Below are positions 53,150-64,000 of a stretch of 64,000 nucleotides of DNA, one piece after another (positions within the stretch are counted from its first letter, which is position 1; the number at the start of each line of letters is the position of its first letter). The notes beneath the pieces are model-generated. The model was not told the DNA's origin, did not search any database, and saw only the letters and a program-made list of their open reading frames with translations. The DNA is from Trichinella spiralis (taxonomy: Eukaryota), in NCBI RefSeq assembly GCF_000181795.1, contig NW_003526941.1:7691741-7755740 (forward strand). The letters are read 5' to 3'. The position numbers and the translations under genes are program-made.

Positions 53150-56100
53150 ATGCAAAAGATGGACTGGCTGCTTGTTCACATCGATTTTCTTATTGACTAT
53201 ATGTCCACGTTGACAGGTTGGCTTAAGCTGAGAATTATTGCCAGTTTGGTGATCGTTTCGAACAAAACTTTTTAGTGGAAAAATTATACAATGACATCCG
53301 GATGTTTGTGTTTTCATGTTTTTTGGCTTTGATTCATCTGATTGATTGGTGTCGACGCTTGTACAACGTAACTTTTGGAGAATTGGAACCATGGCAAATA
53401 TCGGCGTATACATTTTGTGCTTTTTCGGTTTTTCTTTGGTTGGATAAGTTTTTTCACTGTGAAGAAGGTAAATGTTGTTCAGTTTTGACAAAATTTACAT
53501 ATTTCCTTTTTCTTTTGCAATTAAGCATTTGTTGTTCGTTTGGAGAAAACGTTGTTTCGAACTGCTCGTCGACTTCCTTGGGTGAAACGGAAAATAAGTG
53601 TTCAACTTTCGAAAACAAGGCAGTCTGTTCAAATGGAGCTTCAAAAAAATGATCCTGATCCGGAATTTATTCGCCATTTACCAGACCGAGGCTTTGATCA
53701 AGTAAATTTGCTATTGCCCATTTTCAATTAGTACGTTTGATTTGAACTTTTCAAGAATGATATCATCGCCAAAGCTGAGCGATACCAGAAAGCAGGTAAG
53801 TTAATAAATCAAATTTAAAGTTTCAGATTGCCAGCATGTTATGCGTGTAGTTAGTGGTCGTCGAACAATATTCATGTGGTTTTTTTTTGATTTTTTAGGA
53901 ACTTTTGATTTCAGCAAAGGAAAAGTCTCTGGTGCTGTATATAACGCGAATGTTGAGCTTGTTTCTTTGAATGCCGAAGTGAGGAGATGGAATTTATTTT
54001 TATTTTCTTTGAAAAATTTTTTATTTTGATTTATTTGAAAATTATCTATTCAAAGCTTTAATCAAGAGTTTTATTTTTTCTTTTAAAGTTGAAACTTGTT
54101 GTTGAATTATTGCTCATGAAATGTTATATTCAAATTTGAGTTTTTAATTTAATGTTTGTGCATGTGTGCAAGTTTGCATTAGCATTTTGATTTGAGCACA
54201 GCATATGTTGTTTATACTGCCAGTTGCTTCAGAATAAATAGGTGTGTATGCTTTTACAGTAGACTTTGCTAGTTAAAAATTCTTGTTTCTTTATTTATCA
54301 ACCAGTTTACAGTGGTTCATTGTAGAAAACTATTGGTGCACTGAATTGTTGTTTCTATAGCTAAAGAGTTAGGATAAAGTTAATTTACGACAAACAACTA
54401 TATTCTATATACCACGAAAAGGTATATCAAATGATGTATAAATTGGTATAAAATTTGATAATTCAAAATTATTTAAGAAAGCAAATAATATCAGAAAATT
54501 TTGTTTTTAAATTTCTTCGTGTTCTTTACACACCTGCTTCTGAAATAATTACAACGATTGTGACTGTTAATTAATTTTAATGTAGCATATCTAAAAGGAG
54601 ATTTTTTAGTAAATTAAATTTTATCAGAATCTGGCAACATGATAATCTGATGAATGAAATTTTATTTCAGATTATGAAATTATTTTGCTGGTCTAATCCA
54701 TTGCATCCTGATATATTTCCTGGCATTCGTAAGATGGAAGCTGAAATTGTGAGAATGGTTTGCAATATGTTTAATGGTGGCAACAACGCCTGCGGAACGG
54801 TAAACTGTTTTATATTCAGCCATGTGTGCATATTGAATTGGATTATTTTTGAATTATGCAATGTCATGAAAAATTAGCAGTACATGTGATGATAATATCT
54901 TTTTTGTTTCGATATTTTTCTTTTATTTCCATTTTATTGACCACAATTCAGGTTACTTCTGGTGGTACGGAATCATTGTTGCTTGCTTGTCTTGCTTACC
55001 GAAATCGTGCCTATGACAGAGGAAACAAAGATCCAGAGATGTAATAAATTTTTAATAATTTGCGTTAATTGTATTTTTTTTGTAATTTTTAAAACAGTGT
55101 TGTTCCGGTATCGGCTCATGGTGCGTTTGACAAAGCTGCCCAGATGCTTCGACTTCGTATTCGACATGTACCACTGGAAGCAGGTACTTTTAAAGTTGAT
55201 TTGGACAAAATGAAGCAAATGATTACAAAGTCGACCTGTATGGTACGTGGGTTAATCATTTTTATAATTTTTTTTGAAATTTTTTAAATTCGTTCAGCTG
55301 GTTGCTTCGGCACCCAATTTTCCCTACGGTATAATCGATCCAATTGAACAAGTTGCCGCTGTAAGTTATTATTGTTATTGTTATTTTCATTATTATTAAA
55401 AATAAATTGTCGATTAGCTTGGTGAAAAATTTGGCATTCCCGTTCACGTAGACTGTTGTCTTGGGGGATTTTTGTTGCCATTCATGGAGCGTGCCGATTA
55501 TCCACTAGATGAAGAATTTGATTTTCGTATTCGCGGTGTTACCAGCATTTCATGCGATACGCATAAAGTAAATATTATTATTATATTTGAAGCATTTATA
55601 AAAATTGCTTTGTAAAATATGTTATTTATTGTAAGAAAAAATTTCTTTTAGTATGGATTTAGCACAAAAGGAACATCAGTACTGATGTATCGAAATAAAC
55701 TTTATCAGAGGTATCAATATTTCTGTCAGCCCAACTGGCCTGGTGGCATTTATGCTACGGCTACCGTTGCTGGTAAAAAATTAATGAAAATATTGAAAAA
55801 GAGAATTGTATGATTTGTGTTAAAGTGGAAATTTAATTTTGTTCTTTCAGGTAGTCGAAACGGTGCTAATAGTGCTTCGTGTTGGGCAACCATGCTTCAT
55901 TTTGGCATTCACGGTTATGTTCAATGCACCCGGAAAATTATACGCACAGCTCGTTACATTGAACGAAAGTAGAAACGACAAATATCATTTATTTTCCATT
56001 TAAATTACATTGTTTTTCTTTTCTTTTCAGATTACGCGAAGTGAAAGGTATCTATATATTTGGTCATCCGCGGGTCAGTGTTGTTGCTTTCACATCATAC

Positions 56101-56621
56101 GTATTTGATATCTATGCGTTTGCGAGTCAGATGGGCGATCGGGGTTGGTCGTTGAATTTACTTCAGCTACCTCCGGCGTAAGATGAATAGGCTTATCGCT
56201 ATTATCGATGTAAATATCCATGTTTGATTTCACATTCCAGTGTCCATTTTTGCATAACAATGAATCAAACACATGAAGGCGTGGCGCACAGTTTCATCGA
56301 AGATGCCACTGCTGTGGCGGAAGCATTGCTCGAAGACCCGTCGAAAAGCAATGATATTTCTGGCGCGGTAAGGCAGCCCCCCTCTTTCTCTCTCTCTCTT
56401 CCTCTGTAATCCACTCAGATATGTTATTATGCTTTTTGAATTTTGAATTTGTTTTGAAATTATTCATAAACTGTTTGCTTGCTGTTCAGGCTGCACTTTA
56501 CGGCTCGTCGCAAACACTGCCTGACCGAACCCTAGTCAACGAAATTGCCTGCGCTTATTTGGACGCTTGTTATGCAACTGAAACGAAATGCGATCCGGAC
56601 GATTTGGACGGCTTGATCTGA
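53150..56621 (+). CDS. SGPL1: Sphingosine-1-phosphate lyase (PLP-dependent), multi-exon
   Basis: [83 protein letters not shown] (PLP lysine), [17 protein letters not shown]. Confidence 0.96.
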
Positions 56622-57006
56622 CCAAACATGCAAATTGATCATAACGATGTAAAGCAAGAAAATTTTTTTTATTTTCTAACGAACACACACACACACATAT
56701 ATGTATATTCTAGTTTTACTGAACCTACTGATTGATCATCATTTTATAACTTATAGATATGGAAGTGATTATTGGGAAGGAAAAAAACAAGACAATTCGA
56801 AAACGGTTATAATTTTTCTTTTCTACTATATTTTTCATCTTTTCACTTCATCATCGTCGACGACAAAAATTTTCCCACGCTTTGAAAGTAGCTAAAACTT
56901 TTATAATAAAGCTACATTGTTCGAATTGAAATTTAAAAATCATAAATGTATAAAAACAAAAAAATTGAAGTATTTATGCTTTTTTTCATTTCATTACAAC
57001 TCCTAC

Positions 57007-59235
<2,229 letters not shown>

Positions 59236-62200
59236 TGGTGGTGACCAAATGAAATTAGTAGAAATTTTTCCCGTATTAATTTCTTGAATGAAATTCCAGT
59301 TTCAGGAACTGAATATCAGTGATTAAAACGACTGCTGATAAGACGTTTAAAAATTGCCAAAATAATCAGAGCGTCAATTTGTCTGTTGTAAATTTAATGA
59401 TTTTCAGGTGCAATTTTTCTAACATTTAATTCGATGACAAAGGTATTCAATGTTTATCAGTTATTGATATTGATTCTCTTGCGCTCAATAGTTCATTCGC
59501 TATGCTTGAAATTTGTAGTAATGAAAATATGAAAAAAGTAACTTGCAATACGACTTATTTAATCGTTTAGAAGAGGAATTTTTCCGTGAAGAAGTTTGCA
59601 TCATTATTTGTGTAAAGTGATTTTCTAATTTTTATTTACATCAACTTGATTCAGTCTTTGTTTTGTCAGTTTTGTCTATCTTTCAAGTATTATGCAAATA
59701 GCATAATTGAACTACATTTATGCTGTTGAACGTCAAACAAGCCGTGCATGATGGAAATGTAACAATTCCGTTGCTTGTAATTTTGAAATTATTTTAAATT
59801 GAAGCTGTTTGACATTTTGAAAAAGCGTCATAGTTGGAATTTGTTCGGTCATCTTTGAGCAGCTGAGCAAAGCGAAAAGAGATCGATTTGCCAAGTTGAA
59901 AAATTTGACAGTATGATTTATGAATTGTTTTATTTTTAATGTAAAGTTCCAATTTGCCAGTTGACGGGATTTAATCAACCGCGACAACCACGTGTTCATG
60001 ATTTAACAAAAAAATTTTGAATTAAACTGGAAGAAAAATGGTATAATTGAAGCAGAAATATGCGCAAATAAAATTGTTATTAATACTTGATTTCAGTTCA
60101 TTTCGAAACAGTGTAAATTCAGTTTTTCTAATTTAATAATATTGGCAATAAGAAGTATAACATTTATTGCTTGTTTAATTTCATAAACGAAATTTTGAAT
60201 ATTTATAAATAATGTATTTTACTTTTAGATCAATATATAAATATCGGATACATTTTTCTTTCAACAACCAGTCGTTGAAATTGGTTGATGCATGTGAAAA
60301 TATGTTTTCAAACGAGTTTCAACTTGAAAGATAAAAAAAGAACTATAGGAAATTTGTTGATTCCTAATGGAAAGTATTATATTTTTAAAGAATAGTCACT
60401 TTTTGACAAGCTCGTTGAAAAATTGACAACAATCAGGTTAGCTTTGAAGGATGTTAAGGAAAAATTTCATTTTTTTCGAATATAAGCTGTAGCTCTTTTT
60501 TGTTAATTGAGGAAATGCTATTCTCTTCTAAACGTTATATTATTAAGATTTCAACTTCAATTTTAGGCGTCAATATTTATTGCTCAATTTCACGACGCGT
60601 TCATTGGTTCTTTCTGTTTATTATGCAAACTGAAATGTCTCCTGAAAATGCCATTTTCAACATATACTGCTGCTCTCGCATCTGTTTGCCTTGAGGTTCA
60701 ATCGCACTTTGCTCAATTTATGGTTGCATTCAACATCGACCATACAGTCTGCTAAAAGGTATTGAATATTTTTCTACTTATTCATCGTAAACATTTATTT
60801 ATTCGGCTTCAAAATCGAATATTTACTTGCTTTTCATATTTCAACATTTGTAACTTCAGAAAGCTTGAAAAAAAAGATTCAGCGAGATGATGCATTGTAT
60901 CATTTGATTTATTGAATAGAATAATAATTAAAGTCGTGGCTTGTTCCTAGCTGTTCATTAGACATTTAAAAGGCATTACGCTGTCAAGGTTGGTCATTCT
61001 ACCAAAGGTAATATGATGTGCTATTTGCGTAATTCACTTGCTCTTTCTTATACAACATATCAATCAGAATGTTCCCTTCATGGTCAGTTAGTTATTCGGT
61101 AGATCAATATGATTATCACTAGCCAAGCAACGCGTTCAGTTCTACTCTTTAATATCATCGATCATTGAAACGTAAGATTTTTTTATAACTGAGCTAAGGT
61201 TCTGTGCAGGTATATTATGTTTACAGGACTTGACAATATGTCTGTTGAAAACTAGCATATTTATTTCAATTTCCTTCAGCTAACCTTCAGATCAGCTTAA
61301 TTGATGCTTTGATAGTAAATTGAATATCATATTAATTCATATTTCATTTTGGATTTTGAGAAATTTGCTAAAACTCCAATTTAGCAATATTATGATTGCT
61401 AAAAGCATTGTAAACAACAGCGTTGTTTCAACTTTGTAATCAAATTTGATCATTTTCAATATATGGTATTTTTAAACCGTTATAAGTTATTATTCAATGA
61501 AATTGCTCAAATAAAAATTCTCAAAATTGTCAGAATTGCTGTAATGCATAAGCAAAATCAGCAGCAATATCGCTGCAATTAGAAGATTTCTTTTGGTGAG
61601 AAAATTTATAATTATTAAAATTATTTGCCATGCACGTTTATCAAACTTTTTCAAACATTTCCATCTCTATTATTTGAATTCAAATAGCTTCTTTGCCATC
61701 TATATGAACAATATCTGAACAAATGCGCTATCAAAAAGAAATACTGCCGACAAAAATTTGGCTCATTTATTTGCATGATTGCAGGAAATATACAAATTTT
61801 CACTTTATGAAAACTGTATGCAAATCAGTCTCCACTACGAGCTTACGATTAATCATGAAGCATTGGATGCTGTATGAGAAATGTAATTTCAGGGACAATT
61901 CAATTGACGGGAAAATAGAAAGTTTTGTTTTAAAGAAAAATATCTAAATAATAAGTTTACGTGGCATGTAATTTTCACGCATATTTTATCATCATCAGTT
62001 GTTTAAACTTAGTTATTTAGGAATTACTGGTTACTCAATGTGCACTGAACGACTCAGCAGTAGCGACAACGATAAGAGGTGGATACTCTATTTTTGAAAG
62101 TATTTCAAATAGATCCGTTGTGAGGGAAAATCTTTTTATCATGTGTTTGCTAATTTGAAAAAAATGACCTGGCAATATTTCATATCAATAGCATATTCAA

Positions 62201-64000
62201 CTTTCGTCTGCCATTGATATTCAGGTGAGCAAGTGCAAGTACAACAAAAGGCGGCAGTTCAGCATGAAACAAAATCACTAACAAATCCATAAACAGTTAT
62301 ACATAAACATTCATTTAAGTCATAATAACACAACAGAAATGAACAGGTATTTAGATTAACGAAGATCAAGAAGTTTCCAATAAGCATTCATGACTGAAAG
62401 GGATTTGTTCAACATACTATATACAATACTTTATTAAATATAAATGAAATCGTAATTACTTCTAGCATTTAGTAAAGTTTACCATAATGTTTCTATACCA
62501 TAACGCTATAAGTTAGCAAAAATGATTTTACATCACCAAAGGCAAGTACATATTATTCAATTTGTATGAAATTGACCGACTTTTCAAAATGCCATCTTCA
62601 TAGTTATTCATAGCCATTTGCAGAAAATCAGTTACAGAAAATCAGTTTCAAAGTAAGCTGTTTGAAGAACATCAGTCAAAAAGTTTGATAAAGTTTCCTG
62701 TAGAATATCATCGATAGTTAAAAGGTAAGCAATTTTTACAACTTTACTAACATTTTCTGTATATATCAATACAGATTACATTTTAGTAGCAAATTAATGG
62801 ATTTCAGTTTCGCTGACTATACTTCGTATAAGCACGCTTCATATTGCATGATATTTGTTGCATTTGGGGACTCGAATTTCCTATTATTTCTTGGCCAATT
62901 TCATAAATTTGCCGGAAGATGTGTCAAACAAGCAGGAAATGAACATGAAACATCCGAGATACCTATTTTATATTAATTTCTTTTTTTATATTGCACAACA
63001 GATATGAAATTCCAACGTTACTTCGCTTTCACATTGATTAATATTCGATTGTCCAATCGTATGCTTTGCATATGTTTTATTTCTCAAAAGACTGTCGATT
63101 TAATTTATGGTAAGGTATTCGCTAAAAGTACGTAGTTTCGTGCAATATTTCTATGTATTAGGCAAGTTCATTTTTCTTGATTTTCCGTCCATTTGGAATA
63201 AATTTATAGAAATTGTTTCAGGACGGTTTGAAATGTACATAACATCTTCCATTCATAAGTTTTTTACTACGTTATTTCATTTATTCGACCAGTAGAATTG
63301 AATTTCTCAAGATGTAGCTGTCAACATTTATTAATACCTGAGAGTCTATCGTATGACTATCGTATGTACAAAAGTGGAATTCAGGCACAAATGATATTGG
63401 AATCAGCAACCTTTGCTCGCGGGTATTTGTTAAAATTTTTGTATAAATGCTAATGAAATGCAATTATAGGATGTATTATCAAGCGCGCAGGTTTCGTATC
63501 CATCTCTGACGTCCCCACTAAATTCGCATCATTGCACAACTTTTTTGCAATATCTCGGCAAACACGCGTTTATACGACGTGCGATCAGGTTTGTAATGAT
63601 TAACTTAATTTTTCTGATCAAATGAAATCACTTTTGCCACAACTTAAAGTTTTCGACTTTTTAAAAAAGCAAGGCTATAGCCTTTGCTGTTTTTGCGATT
63701 TTCAAAAGTAGACTTTTTTCAAAAATTTCGTTTCTTTTGTTATATATTGCTAAATTTTGATAAATTTGAAGGTTCTGGAAAGTTCCATGGCTAACTATCC
63801 CGAACTTGTTGAATAAATGGCCTCTAAATTTTGCATGCACCTGTCTTAATACACAGGAAAGCAGCCCATCTGGAACTTCTTTCAAACGGCTCCTGGATGG
63901 TTAAATATTGGTGTAGGAAACGTATTTTACATTATAATGAGGTATTCGTTGAAATTGCGAAGTCTTGTGCAATATTTCTTTGTTTTGGGCAAGTCGATTT

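Noticed and set aside
53979..54670. Hairpins and ACA triplets in the long SPL intron
   Set aside because: The H box is missing or overlaps a stem, and pocket spacing does not fit H/ACA rules.
59700..64000. Coding-like patches, e.g. 63281-63885 on the minus strand
   Set aside because: The frames are interrupted by stops and I recognise no homology. A fragmented or pseudogenised gene cannot be excluded.

Overview
AT-rich, intron-dense eukaryotic genomic DNA with short GT-AG introns and TTTCAG-type acceptors. It is most consistent with a clade I nematode such as Trichinella, which is inferred from gene content and style, not proven. Genes, left to right: the 3' part of an SLC26/STAS anion transporter; a 5-exon U11/U12 snRNP 25K (SNRNP25) gene that the ORF track misses; an intronless AANAT-like GNAT; Rae1/Gle2; a neuronal calcium sensor (NCS/frequenin); an ACE/peptidase-M2 homologue lacking its zinc ligands and ending in a GPI-like tail; an unknown single-pass membrane protein; mRpS33; eEF1A; Ect2/pebble RhoGEF; and a convergent pair of sphingosine-1-phosphate lyase and ALDH3-type fatty aldehyde dehydrogenase. 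A ~13 kb gappy, gene-free block (27.2-40.3 kb) consists of two inverted arrays of ~1 kb tandem units that share a unique outer terminus and surround a GC-richer core, a foldback-like architecture. The main hunt results are a candidate intronic H/ACA snoRNA in eEF1A with a plausible 28S target, the foldback-like element, the SPL-ALDH3 pathway pair, the retained minor-spliceosome gene and the non-catalytic ACE. All exon coordinates were read by eye and are approximate.
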